Source: Antedon mediterranea (taxonomy: Eukaryota > Animalia > Echinodermata). From it: a stretch of DNA of 64,000 bases. Within the stretch, counting starts at the first letter, position 1; each line of letters starts with the position of its first letter. The notes below the pieces were generated by a model. The model ran no database searches and was not told the DNA's origin. It saw only the letters and a list, made by a program, of their open reading frames with translations. Position numbers and translations under genes: made by a program. The DNA is taken from assembly GCF_964355755.1 (NCBI RefSeq), contig NC_092670.1, positions 10,034,201-10,098,200 of the forward strand, read 5' to 3'. Of the stretch, positions 14,164-27,840 are shown piece by piece.

Positions 14164-17097
14164 GTCCTACTATGGTATGTTCTAATGTATCTATACCGGT
14201 ACTATACAAGTTTGTTTATTACACCGACGTGGATGTGATGCTGAGACTGAGAATATAATTGTTTTTTGTCCAGAATAAATGTTCATCTTAAATCTTCGTG
14301 TTTAAAATTGCTATTGTTATTATAAAAATATAACCTCTTTGCAACATTAATTTCAAGCTCAGTTGTTTTTTTTTGTTGAAAATATTTATATTTCGTAATA
14401 AATTATATAGAAACTAAACTCGAAGCTACCCTTTAATAAATCGGTGCCTAAAAACATCGCTCATATTTTATTCAAATCAAACAAATTGCGTCATCGGTAT
14501 TATAACAACATCGGTTATTTTTTTCCGAGACTGTTTTATCATAAACCACAAACACGGCATATTGGCTGAGACAATTATTTTGATACTACACAGAGACTTA
14601 AGAATAAGCATACAACATCATTTTCTGGCATGTTGGGAAAGAATGAATGGAACAAAGGTATAGGGTTGCTACTGTCATTCTCGCGTTCAAAAAATCGTTT
14701 TTAATTTCTATGCGCCCGTAAACTATGCCTCCATAATTTAGCGAGGACAACATTTAAAAGACGCGCGCGTTCACATTCTGATGAATTTAATTTACCGCGC
14801 GTGTAAAAGAATTTTACAGACGTGCGCGTTCAAATGCTGATAAAATTCGTTCGTTTGTACGCATGTATCTCCTTCTTGGTGTACAAGTTCACACCGTATA
14901 ATCAGTTTTACTTGTACTGGATTGTATTCTTATGTAGTATAAACATTGCTATGAAACGCTAATTCGGTTTTTTGAAATGATAATAATGTTTTTGTTGTTG
15001 AAACCAGGTTGTTTATGCATATTGCTGTTTCATTGATATTTCTTTAAAGAGTTTCTTTACCTTCTAACATAACATTTTTCATCGTTGATTTCTGTTACGT
15101 AATAAGTTTTATCGTTGAATGAAGGGTTGTCCGCTATGATCTTCCCGAAACAAAGTTTACCTTAGATATGGAAGATGTTTCTTTTTCTCATTTGATGATC
15201 TATTTGTTGATGATCTGTCTCTGATTTCATAAGCTTCAAAATGAGCTCACTTTTTAGGTTGCAGATTCAATTATTTTCTCCGCTTCACGTGATCTACTTG
15301 TTAATGACTCCTTATGAACTACTTTTGAGGAAATTGCTTTACTTACAAAATCCTTGGTGGCGCTATTATTAATTACATGTGATAATATTGAAGAAAATAA
15401 TAGGTGATTTCTTAGATGATTTAGTTTGCGATAGACTGAAGTTAAAATAACACACCTCGGGCAGCAGGTAAGCGATTCATTTATTTTGTACTGTTATAAT
15501 GTATACAGGTGCATACTACTGTAGGCCTCCTAGTTCCCTTTGAAGTGGGCACTCAACAGCAAGTCCATAACAGTTAACCCTTTTTAGAGGACACCCATAT
15601 TGTATGAATTGAAGGGAACACTTCGTTGGTTCCCAAAGGTGTCCTCATAATAGGGGTTCCCCTTATTTGCTATTTCATAACATTCAGTGACTTAACGGGA
15701 GACATAAAGTAGACGCGCGTGTACTAAAGTGACCTTAATTATTTTTGTCAGTTTTTGAGCGCCCGCGTCACATCATGGTTGCCTACAGCTCTTCGTTGGA
15801 TACAGACGTAAAATAGACCTATAATGATAAATTTCAATTCACAGAAACATCGAATGATGTGATGGATGTATCGCAAGCATACTATTTTTATTTGTGCATA
15901 AACCATGAAAACAATGATATATATATTTTTTATGTGTAATTTCTTCACGGTTTAAAGAGTTCCAAGCCGGGATTAGGAATATAGTCTTGGTTTCTCACTA
16001 TGACGCAACGTAAGGACGTAAGCGCAAAAAAAGTAATTCTCACTTTGGCGTTGCGTTCTGTGGGAAACAATTTGTGTATATTAAAAGTTTAGTTTTATAT
16101 AATATATTTTTAATGTATAGGCCTATATATTTTTGTTTCAAAATCTTCAAATTGAAACTCATTTTAAACTTGGTTTGCCCTTTTTTGTTTACAAAATCAC
16201 TTTATTCGGGTTTATGTATTTATACACTGAGCATTTGAAAATATTTTAATTGGCGCGTAATACTTGTTTGTCCATATTATTATTCAATTATTATTATCCT
16301 AACCACTTATCAGATAGATGCACCCCAAGACACCCCCTTTTCCCATTAACAAAATGTAAAACGTCGTAAGCCCCATTAACCCAAGTCTGACGTGCTTCTA
16401 TGCTAAAAAGAAAGCAGATTTGGCTGATTTTCATCACGAAACACGTTAACACAGGGGACCCCGTAGGCCGGCTACATGAAGAAAAATTGGGTGTGATTTA
16501 AACCGGCCTTAAGCCTACTTTGTAAAGTTTAATCGAAATGAATTTGTACTTAAGGCATTGGATTAATCATATACCCATCCGGTTCCTTGCATCACATCTA
16601 CTGTGTCGATAATTATCACTATCAAGGATTCTACATACTAAGTATATTCTAGTTCTCGGTACTGTGTCTAGATTTCTCCACAGTGTCAGAACAATTCCGT
16701 AATACAGCGGTACATGTTTCACATGGTATCAAACCTACCCATGATACATGCACTAAAATGTGATACACATTGAACTCATCATTTAAGGTTGGTTATTGTT
16801 AAAAGTGATGCTGTATATACGGTATTTAGACCTATATGCCTATTGTGAAAATATCATCGTAATATTAGGATATACAGTAGGCCTACTGGGAATCCGGTCA
16901 CTACGAGTCTCTTTAAATCATTTTCTGATTTATTCCACAACATATTGGTGTACTGAATAATGATGTCGACTCTCTCATCCTATAATTAGGTACCTCAGTT
17001 GATTGCATATAATTCTCTATGGACAGTACATCAATTTCAAGCACTATAGATTAAAATTATTCTTATAATATTATTATTTCTAACTTCCAATCATTAA

Positions 17098-17258
17098 AGC
17101 TTGGTTCCCACTAGGACGCAACACAAGGACCTAGACCCAACGCAAGCGAGTTGATGACCAATCACACGCGACTATTCGAATAATTCATCGCTTGAGATTG
17201 GTCAAATCACTTGCGTTGCGTTACGTCTTAGCGTTGCGTCCTAGTGTGAACCAAGCTT
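17098..17258. mobile_element. Palindromic MITE; family also at ~15985-16070, ~18247-18345 and 19915-20240
   Basis: TIR aagcttggttcccactaggacgcaac / gttgcgtcctagtgtgaaccaagctt; inner gaccaatc / gattggtc. Confidence 0.85.
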
Positions 17259-18028
17259 ACTAGGCCTAATATTGGTTTTTTGGGACCTTAGGGATAACAG
17301 TATGATAATGTATTTATTTATGATTAGGGTTGTATGCAAACGTTTCTCTTCTTGCAAGATCGACATTTCACGGAATTTTCCAGATACTAGAATCCAGCAA
17401 ACTTCGTCATTGCAAGTTTTGGTAGAGTTTTTACATGTTGTAGAATAGACTTCGGGAAAACAAACAGATTATGTGAGAATTGTGAATGATACCAAAATCA
17501 AATCTCTGGCATAAAGGCTGATTTAAACAGACGAGCGGTAACGGTAAGCGGACAAAACCGCGTAGCTTGTCCCACGTAGAATATGTATCTATCCTGAGCG
17601 GAAATCGCTCGTCCGCTCCGCGTTGTGTGTAAATGATCATAATGAATAACATAGATTCTATATTTTTATTATCGTTACCGCTCGTTTAAATGTGTAAGTG
17701 TAAATTGGCATTAAGGGACATACACACACACAGCGCTGGTTTTACAATGATTGGGACTGATGGTGATACGGATGATAAGAATGATGACAACGGCGACTAC
17801 TGCAACCAATAGAAAACTCGGTTGCTCGTTTATGAGACGATTAATCGTGTTCCGTAGATTACATGATCAGTGCAAGATTTATGACGGATTTTGAAGCTTT
17901 CGATAGTGATCCGATAATCAACGTTGAACTACGCGGATGGTTTTATTTCGTAGTTTAAACAAACATAATTGAGCTCAAGTCCACGAAAAGATAATCTCAT
18001 CGATATGCAAAATAAAGTGTTTTCAGTG

Positions 18029-18164
18029 CAGGGGCGTAACGACTAGCGCTCACTGGCTAAACCCAGGGGCTCCGGAGCTTATGGGGCCGGGGGACCATGA
18101 GCAGTGCCAAGAAGAAGAAAGAGTTTCTAAACCAGGGGCCTCAGGCCTCTGCCTTACGTCTCTG
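18029..18164. mobile_element. hAT-like MITE
   Basis: Termini caggggcgtaa / ttacgtctctg; 8-bp flanks tttcagtg / gttcagtg (7/8 match, TSD-like). Confidence 0.65.
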
Positions 18165-18605
18165 GTTCAGTGCGTACGTAAATGAACGTGCGTACAGTAG
18201 TATTTCAATGACGCCGTAATGTCTACGTAGCAAACTACTCTGCTTTGAGCTTTGTTTCCACTGCCTGAGACGCAACGCAAGTGTGTCATCGCTTGTGATT
18301 GGCCAAACATTTATGCTGCGCTTACGTTCTTGCTTTGCTCTAGGATAGTTAAATAAAGCATTACTATTTAAACTTAGGTGTAATTTGCCCTGACGTAATG
18401 ATACGTCTTCAAATTTCGCATACGTAATGAACCGTTTTGCTCTTTAGAAAGCCGCCCACTACAAAATTACGAATATTAATTAACTAAACTTAAAGTAGAT
18501 GAAAAGTGACACTAGACAGCTAGAAGTTTACCGTATGTATTTGTGTAGTTAACAGTAATTTAGATTGTAAACAAAGAATTACTGGTTATATTTTACAAAG
18601 TTTAG

Positions 18606-18830
18606 AGAGTGATATGATGAGGCATGGGTTCGAGCCTGCCTGTGCCATATTGATTGCATCCTTAAGATACTTTACTCTCGTTGCCTTGTCATTCAGATCG
18701 GACGTAAAGTAGTTGGTCCCGTGTAAATATTATGTGCACGGAAAGAGTAGTGGATCGTCATCCTCTGCACTGTGACTGCCGTGGGTTCACGTAGGGACCT
18801 CAAGTAAGCTTGAGGACGATTATATTTACA
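18606..18830 (+). mobile_element. Partial SINE, same family as 49975-50306
   Basis: aggcatgggttcgag (B box), ttgcatc..tttactctc.ttgcct, ctgccgtgggt and taagcttgaggac are shared with 50120-50285. Confidence 0.7.
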
Positions 18831-19433
18831 TTTTAGAACGTTGATGAGCAGTTTCATAAATAGGCATATTTAATATGCAAGAAAAAAACAATAGACGTGC
18901 TTTCAATACGTGTATCTACTTCCTTCATAAACAATGTTTTTCAGCAAGAACGGTATTAGTAGCCTAATGACATGCTCGTTATCACTTCGTATCTAATGTG
19001 TATACATTTCAGTATTTAGTTTTATACACAGACGTACTTTTGATGTATATTGAAAATGATACTGGGATTTATCCGAGACAACAATATCGTTGTATCTGCT
19101 TTTTTTAGAAAAGCTTAATTTTCCATCAAATTATTTTTACGTTTCTTGTTCTGAAGGTACTATTTTCTCCTTTTCACACTCGGCGTCTACTTAAAAAAAT
19201 CTGCACATATTTAAAATAACATAAGGACTAAATTTGGCAAAATCAAAGTAAACTCAGTGAATCTACATGAATCGTTCTTTTTTTTAAACAAACCACAGAC
19301 AAGCAAAGCAATCAGATTTAGACGATACACGTTTATTTTGATTTTCCAAACTTAATATGCGTTACGTACTGTAAATCTGTCTTTAAAGTCAGTAGGTGCG
19401 TTTTTACTTTCATATTAATTTTGTTATTATAGA

Positions 19434-22400
19434 ATGGACGATAATGCTACCTTTCCAGCCGCTGGAATCAACGACTATGACATTTCGTACGGGAACGATT
19501 ATTACGACATAGTAAACATGTTAGACGTCGAACAGATCGCCATACCGTTTACGTGGACGTTGTTCATTGTGGTTGGTTTAGGCTGTAACAGTCTTATCAT
19601 TTACGTGGTGTGTAGGTTCGGTACAATGAGAACTGTTACTAACTGCTACATTGTCAATATCTCAGTTACGGATATTATGTTTCTGGTGTTGTGTGCTCCC
19701 TTCACTATCTTCACGTATACAAAACATGTGTGGATCTTTGGAAACGCGCTGTGTCGTATCGTTATGTATCTCATGCAGGTGTGTTAATTCATTGTGCATA
19801 TAACTTTTTTCCTACTTGGACCAACATGGTAATTTGACCAATCACTAGGCGATGGATCTTCTGAATTTAATTACTTGTATCGGTAAACTCACTTGCGTTG
19901 TTGCGTCCAAGCTGAAGCGTGGTTCCCACTAGCGCCGCAACACAAGGACGTAACGCAACGAAAGTGAATTGACCAATCACAAGCGATGGCTTATTCGCTT
20001 GTGATTGCTAACTGTCTATAACTTCGCTTGTCATTGGTTAAAACGCTTGCGTTGCGTTTACGTCCTTGCATTACGTTCTAGTGAGAACCAAGCTTTAGTC
20101 TTGGTTCGTACTAGGACGTAACGCAAGGACGTGAATGCAACGCAAGCGAACCGACCAATGATAAGCGACAGTTTCGTATAATTATGATTGGTCAAATTGC
20201 CATACTTTGCTCTTACGTCGTTTCGTCGCGTCCTAGTGGGTTATATGCGGCCGGGGAGCGATATTTCTTTTCCTACATAAGTTGGGGGCCACTCATGAAA
20301 CGTCACAAAATAAACATGACTACTATTCATTAGTCATCATTAAGGTGTGACGTAAGAATTGATCTAACTACAATTCAATAACAACAATACAAATGAAAAC
20401 GCTTTCTGTCGAGCCGTCAAATGGATTAGAATATGAACTTTACATGTCAATGTATCGGGTTCGAATCCCACGAGCAACTTATTTTTACTTTATAGTGAGA
20501 GAAATTATTTAGAGGGCTAGGTTCAGTTATTAGGAAGTAGTTTGGCTATCTTTCACATAAGGGGTTCCCCAAATTATGTACGAAAAGAAAAATCGCGGCC
20601 GGGACGTGTTTCCTCGACATGATTTAGTGGTTTATAGGAGGTCGTCTAGGCGAGGCTCACCGACGAAACGTCAGTCAATCGAATTGATAGAACCGTCTAA
20701 CACAAAATTGAATGATGGAATACGTCACACATGATTGTGTTCAATTTTGGAATGCCATGTTATATTTAATTTTAGTTTGTGCCTTCCATACCTGTCACTT
20801 TCTCTTGATGTAAAAAAGTGAAAATGATCACTCTTTTGTATTCCACTTTTAAAACAATTTACTCTTATAACGAGTGAAATATCCACTCGCTCTGTTTTCA
20901 ATTATGTAGCTGGCCGGCTGATTCGTGTCGCACGAATATTTCAGGCATGGCAGCAGATGGTAATACTCTTTATTTCATTATTATATTGCTGGGTATCTAT
21001 ATTATCAAAATGTAGTTATTTTTTAAGGTGTCTGTCCACGCGACGTCACTGACGTTAATGGCAATGAACATCGACCGATATTTTGCCATCGTGTATCCAC
21101 TGAAATCCATCCGATATCGGACGCCTACCCTGGCACTCACTATCAACATATCAATCTGGATCAGTAAGTACATATTTTATATGGAATTATATCGGACGAA
21201 GACATGGCTAATTTTGAATACCGTTTATTCTTAGCCATTTTGTCCTGGAACCTATACACTCGTCTTAATGGGAGGACAAGTCTGAGGGTAAAGACTATAG
21301 GAACCGTATGTTCACTGTCCACAATTGCTAGTGTTAATTGCTTGTGTGCACTAGTACTATAATAAGTATTCGTGACACTTGTGAATGCGGCATAGTTTGT
21401 TAATAGTTCAACCGTGGCGTACGGTCTAGTTTTTTTAATACTTTGTAATAATTTAGGTTATTGATAGATATAGACAGTATTAGTTTCAAGATTAATTTGA
21501 TAATGAAAAAAGTATTGAATTAGTGTATGAGAGGAATGACACTGACTACAAGCGATGATCGTAATAAGATGGTTATATCAAGATGTCATTAGGTAAAGTG
21601 TGACTGACTATCGACAGTCATCTAGATACAAAAGTCCTAGGTATAGGTGTAATAAGCATGGTGACGATGAAATTATACATTCACATAATATACAGCATCT
21701 AATTTATCACATGTGGAGGGTTAGGGTTAGGTTACTACACTAAATACACATGTGATCTATTCCCAATATTCCTATGATACTTTGGAAATATAGATACAGT
21801 ACCGAGAATCGGCTGGTATAGACCTACTAACCCGAAAGAAAGTTTTCGTTAAATAACCATTTATGCTGTCTTTGATAAAAATAATATTTATAAAATTCCA
21901 ATAAATTTACGTCATGATAAATATAAAATCGTTGTATTATCACGATGTTATTGCTCTTACTGATCATGACGTCATTTGATTGGACGTGTGAAAATATCAT
22001 TTTCATAAAAGGAAGCATAGATGGTTATTCTATATTTCTGGAATAAAAATTGCTATTTATTTAATACTTTTTACATGAATTTTCTTCCATTTAGTTTCAT
22101 CGCTTTTATCGATTCCAATTTCCATATTTTCAACGGTTATGGATTTCAACGGAAGACATTACTGTGTTGAAGAGTTCAACGAACAAGGGTTGTTAGCGCA
22201 CTACATTTACGTTGTGTTCAGTACCTACATAATCCCGCTCTCCGTCCTCGTTGTCTGCAACGTCAACATGTTGCGTCAACTGTGGAAGACGCGGGAACAG
22301 CTCCGAGACACAACATTAAGCCTGCACTCGATACAACAACGAAAGAAAGTTACCAAGATGATACTGCTGGTTGTTGTCTTTTTCTTTATTTGTTGGTTAC

Positions 22401-22669
22401 CGATACACGTGATAAATCTGTGGCAAAGACTCGGTAATAGTATCAACAATAACTTGGCCATTTCAAAGCTCAGGATTTTTGCTCTAACACTGGCGTACAG
22501 TAACTCGTGCGTAAACCCATTTGTGTACGCGTTCATGGGCGAGAATTTTCGCGCGTGTTTTAGAAGAGCATTCCCGATGTGTACAAAAGTGAACCGAGTG
22601 AGGAATAGTAGTATGTTATTAAACAACAATCGGACAAGAGAAACACAGGTACAAAAGGACACGGTTTAA
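19434..22669 (+). CDS. KISS1R: Kisspeptin-receptor-like (KISS1R/GPR54 family) rhodopsin GPCR; exons 19434-19778, 21028-21163, 22095-22669; about 351 aa
   Basis: GT-AG junctions join in frame. Motifs MRTVTNCYIVN, Q|VSVHATSLTLMAMNIDRYFAIVYPLKS..RTP, CWLP and YSNSCVNPFVY; 7 hydrophobic segments; N-terminal NAT sequon. The symbol denotes the family, not proven orthology. Confidence 0.9.
19915..20240. mobile_element. Two adjacent copies of the palindromic MITE in GPCR intron 1
   Basis: ggttcccactag...ctagtgagaaccaagct, then cttggttcgtactaggacg...cgtcctagtggg. Confidence 0.8.
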
Positions 22670-23624
22670 GCTATAAGATCTTAATACCTTTCCATTTCAC
22701 GGAATGAAATACATCGTTTTAGAAGCAGGTTGAATACAAAAACAGCGACGTTTCCGTTCCAAATAGAATAAGCGTTGAATGCAGAGATTTATTATGTCCT
22801 TCCGTAACCTGCGTACGGTACCATACTGAATAACGGCAAGTCGATTTTAATACTTTTTAATATATATATATATGTATATATTAAAAAAAATGGCAACTAT
22901 TAATAATATCTTAAACTATCATCAATTTTTTTCTGACGAAGGAATAGTGTTTGCAGGCTCATAGGCCTAATTCTTGGTGATTCTTCATTTTCGCTTATTT
23001 TATTTTGCATTACCATTGCGATCCAATAGTGGCCGTATTATATTCACACAATTGAGATATTTCCCTAGTGTTTAATAAAATTATTATCACATTCACAATA
23101 TAACTTTATAAAATTGTGTGTAACGTCTCTGTCTACGGGTGACATGTCAACCACAAAATCCCGTGATTACGTTTCTATAATATATTTTTCCTGACAACTA
23201 TTAAAATGAACAAAGTGCACCTTTTATAACATTCTGATGACCTGTTTGCAGTAGGCTCTACTTTTGAATGAGCGCACTTGAGTGGTGTTAAAGACTACAA
23301 TACAGTATCTTTAACTTCAACATGTGCGTGCTCTAAGCGATCGCATTACACTGTTTGTGTCGGACAATTACTCCGCGAAAAATATGTACAGGCTGTACGC
23401 GCGCCCTCTCTGAGGAGGATACAGAAGGTATCAGGTCAAGTCAGGTAGGGCTGTTGGTCCCGGTCTGTCTGGGCCTACTTATAGAGGATAATTATAATAA
23501 AAGCAAAATTACCTTATTCTTTTAGTTAGGTGGCCTTGCAATAACTCTAGGCTAGCATAGGCCTACTTTACTTAAGTAAGTTGTATATAGGCCTACACTA
23601 TTCTCAGAGGGGAAGTAGGCCCTA

Positions 23625-25085
23625 CGGTCGCGTCTGAAATCGGTCGCGTTTGAAATCGGTCGCGATAAAATCAACTTCCGGTATTTTGTATGGCGCGCCG
23701 CTAGAGCTATATTTAATTGATATTTTTTAGGAACTAGATTATTTATGTGGATATTTTTTACTTGGTTAATACATATTTATTATCAATCATTAAATTATTT
23801 TTTTTTAATATTTCACAGGTCTCGGAGAAGGACTGCGTCTTTTCAAAATGGCCATTTCTAAAACACGTTTAAATATTATATTAGGCATAATGTTATATTA
23901 GGCATATAATAATTTACCTCTATTTATATGTACTGTTGTAATTAATATATTATTATATAGAGAATATACGTCTGTCGTGTCTTTTATTATGCAAACAATT
24001 ATGTAAAAGAGAACAATTTATTTAAAAACAATAATTTTTACAATATAGCCCGTAAAGCCAGCGTATCCATTTTTATACTTATGCATACTGTGGCAGATTA
24101 TATCATATCCATGTCGTTAACAACATACTATTCGATCACCTTATTTTATTTCTATCCGTTATATGTAGGATAATATTAAGTGTATAATGATTATAGGTCT
24201 TTTGTTATTTAAACTTTGACCCTTGGCTTGTGTTATTTAATTAGTTGTTTTTTAAAAATTTTATTCATTGGACTTGATAATGACTCCATGATGTAGTCGA
24301 AACATCGTTCTTTTTTTAAGCGTTATTTTTCTATTATGTATTTATATTGATTATTGTTGAGGCAAATCACGTGTATATTTTTATTTCTAATGTTTCAAAT
24401 AGTTTTTAGTAAAATGATCATTATATGCGGATGGTTATAAGGCGAGTTACTGAAATAAACCCCCGAATAAGCCATATTGTGGAGATGCGCCTTCTATGAT
24501 CGTGCAGCTGTTTCCCCTAACAATACATTTTATTTTGCTGACGGGGTTTCCCCATTTTTAAAAAACATGCACTTGTTAGTGTTAAATCATGGACAAAACA
24601 CGTACGATCGTTGTCCATGGCGAGGTAAAGATGACGTCTATTACTAATAACCATACGTTTGAAACGTCTATAGGCCTCCTGCATGTGTTTTTGTGAAACG
24701 ATCCAATGAGCTATAGATGCTCGACGCGATTATGAGATCATGTTCATTCATTCATTCATTCTTTATTTAGCCTCTAAAATCGAAATATTAAAACGTAGGT
24801 AACAAAATCAAGACACGTGGAAATCTAAGGAGGCAAGGATAAGCAAAAGCAATTAAAATCGCTGTAGCTCACAGGCTTGCTTATCCATAATAATTCCGAA
24901 TAATACACTGTTTCTATAATTTGACAGTATGATTTATATATAATTTACGTATATACGTCGGCGATAGGCCTACTATAGATTTTAATTTGAATATCTTTTA
25001 TTTCTTCATTTATAATAATCATCCGGCTCGATCCATACAAAATAGCGCGACCGATTTCAAACGCGACCGATTTCAAAAGGCACTC
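23625..25085. mobile_element. Non-autonomous DNA-transposon-like element with repeated 16-bp inverted subterminal motifs; duplicate at 56716-61600
   Basis: Left (cggtcgcgtttgaaat)n..tattttgtatgg; right ccatacaaaata..(cgcgaccgatttcaaa)n; exact ends and TSD unresolved. Confidence 0.65.
24743..24885 (-). mobile_element. Short retroposon 3' end with (GAAT)n tail; + strand copy at 30355-30502
   Basis: Reverse complement of ggataagcaagcctgcgagctacagcgatttt...aaataaagaatgaatgaatgaa. Confidence 0.7.
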
Positions 25086-26529
25086 TTTTTCGGGCCTCCG
25101 TCCCTCGTAACCTAAATTAAAACAGCATTACATTGTGAGACTCGGGCACTACCCATTATTGACCATTCAGCCATCTAACCGGATTACAATGCATTGATAT
25201 AACACATTAGTACAATAGCCATAGAGGGCGCTATATAGGATCTACAGTACGACTAGGTGTAGAGAGGCAGACAGTTCGTATTTAGTAAAGGCCTACTTTA
25301 TACCAGGGAGTTGTAACTCCCTGTCTATACTAGAGTGGTATAGGCTATCACAAGTTTATTAATATTTGTTATATGTTTTTAATCAGATTATTTTTTTATT
25401 TCTCTCATTTTTTTACAGCAAAGTCAATGCATGAAGTAAAGGTCAATGGTTACACCATGCTATACATGACATCAAAATACATCTTTATAATAATTAATTG
25501 AGGATCTTTTGTTAGTTGACGTATTATGACACGAAAGTTGTAAAGATGTCAAGGGTATTGTTGATTGAGGCGTTCTATGCTGGCTCCCACTCTCAGTTGA
25601 TCGACACTCTTCAGAAAGGCCTAGAAGGATGCGCTGTCAAATACACTTTGCCAGGGAAGAAGTGGCATTGGAGAGCACGGACATCAGCTCTATATTTTTC
25701 CGAAGTAATTTCACCTAGCCAAGAATACAGGTTAAGAGTTGTGCATTATATTTTGACAGCAAAGGTCATAATCTTTATTTTTTTATCAATACCCTTTCTG
25801 TTGTAATAACAGAGGTGCCAACTTCAAAAAGTAAAAATCGAGGAAACAATTTTGAAGATACCCAAACAATAGAGGTTACCATAAAAGTTGGAAAATATTC
25901 ATCGGAATATAATAGAGGGCGCTATTAAAAACAATCATCAGCATTTGCATAATTAAAATATTTTTAAAAATAGTATTGTATTTACCCTATATGCTATATG
26001 TAAAAGTACACCAGATATTCGCCTACCTGGGAAATTCTTTCCCACTTGGGGCAAATCCAATGTATATATATATATCCCGTATCAATAATATAGTACTTGC
26101 TTATAATAGCCGTCTATATTGTCACCATGGCAAAACTGCCCTGATTTCAGGTTTCTCCCAACCATCTGCGCATGCCCCAGACGTCCATATGTCATGCATA
26201 CTAAATCAAGGCGCCCGTAGATGGTTGGTATGTTCAGGTCATTCATTCATTGGCCAGCCCCCTGGGATCGATACTACAATATTAAACAATGGATATGCCA
26301 GAGGTTACCGGACTCTGCAAACTGGGAAAATTTGTTACTAAAATCCAGTTTTACCTATATTTAACAAACAAGCTACTAGTAGAGTACTGTAGTAGTAACC
26401 TAAATATTAAATCATTCATTTAGATGTTTTTTCCATGTAATAATAATAATCTGGAGAAATTGTCCTTATTAGCAGGAAGTAAGAGATGACTCAAAATATC
26501 GGGGAACTGTAATAAACAATATTATACAG

Positions 26530-27840
26530 ATTATTACTTGACAAAGGTGTCCCACGCATTGATATTGTTGCACTGGCCTATAGTCGTGCATTTGATTCCA
26601 TTTCGCACTCTACAATGATTTCCAAACTGAAAAGAACCTATGGAATTGGTGGTTCCATGTTGCCTTGGTTGGAATCATTTTTAACTGAACGTAAGCAACA
26701 AGTTGTTTTTAACGGAAAGATGTCCGGCAAGAGTTGCGTAATATCAGGGGTTCCTCAGGGGTCTGTGCTTGGACCCCTGTTATTTAACATATATGTTAAT
26801 GATCTACATATGCACCTACGTGCAAAACCATATCAATATACAGAGACGACACTTGCATTGCTAAATGTATAATGACGGAGGAAGATAGTTTATCTCTGCA
26901 ACAGGACATTGACACGATCTCCTGGTGGTCAGCACTTAATTCACTTTCCATTAACCCTAATAAATGTCAAGTGCTGTCATTGTCCAGAAAACGAGATCCC
27001 GTTGTTCCATCTTGCATTCTAAATGGACATGAACTCATGAACGTTAATGACATTACGTTACTTGGTGTGGTAATATCCCATAATTTGTCATGGGCACATC
27101 AGGTAGATAATGTAACTTTGAAATGCAATAGGATGTTAGGTTTTATACGATCAATTGCCACAGGTTGTTCTACATCTGTTTTACTTAAACTTTATAAATG
27201 TCTTGTTCTTCCCCATATTCAATATTGCTCCCCTGTTTGGTATCCTTATCGTCAATGTCATATTAATAAGATAGAGAAAATTCAAAGAAGGGCAAGTCGA
27301 TTTATCCTTCATCAACGAATCTTAGATCAGCCATATTCTGACCGATTAACTAGACTGAATTTGATGACAGCTGAATCAAATCGAGATTATTTTACCGTTA
27401 TTTTTGTTACAAATATATTGTATAAATTACAGAATAGTTTTATTTTAAATATGTTGACTATCAATTGTAGGCATTTGGATGTTCTAACTTTTAAACATCT
27501 TGCATCCAAAACTGATAGGAAAGCATTGTATCCCAACCAGATTTATTCGTTTGTGGAATTCACTACCGGTCAATATTAAAGATGCCTTTGTTTGCGGAAG
27601 TTGGGTACAATTTAAAAATTGTTAATGGACCATTTTAAAAACACTATGCCTCTTTAATGTATATAATTATGGTATTAATATTACATATTTACATTGTTTT
27701 ATGTTTTAATGTATGCTTTGAGTGCTGGTGTGGCACACCTTATGACGACAGTGGTCCTTTGACCTCTTTTGCCACTCCTTGGCACACTCAAAGTTTATGT
27801 ATTGTTTTAATGTTGCTAAAATTAGATAAAATAAAATTAT
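26530..27840 (+). mobile_element. 5'-truncated CR1/L2-clade LINE (RT C-terminal part plus 3' end) in a GTDC1 intron
   Basis: YSRAFDSISH, GVPQGSVLGPLLFNIYVNDL, frameshift at the YADD position, LQQDID, YCSPVWYP, IEKIQRRA. Confidence 0.92.

Larger units (their letters stand above)
21367..27490 (+). repeat. Segmental duplication, copy 1 (matches 54469-64000)
   Basis: Colinear near-identical sequence from tattcgtgacacttgtgaatgcgg to the window end in copy 2. Confidence 0.97.

Noticed and set aside
21718-21735. Telomere-like gggttagggttagg
   Set aside because: Only two units, and differently arranged in the duplicate at ~54835
22276-22662. Antisense 128-aa ORF (also 55368-55754)
   Set aside because: Shadow of the GPCR exon; conservation is explained by the recent duplication
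25976-26341. 121-aa ORF conserved in both duplicates
   Set aside because: Intronic, TTG start, no motif; identity reflects duplication age
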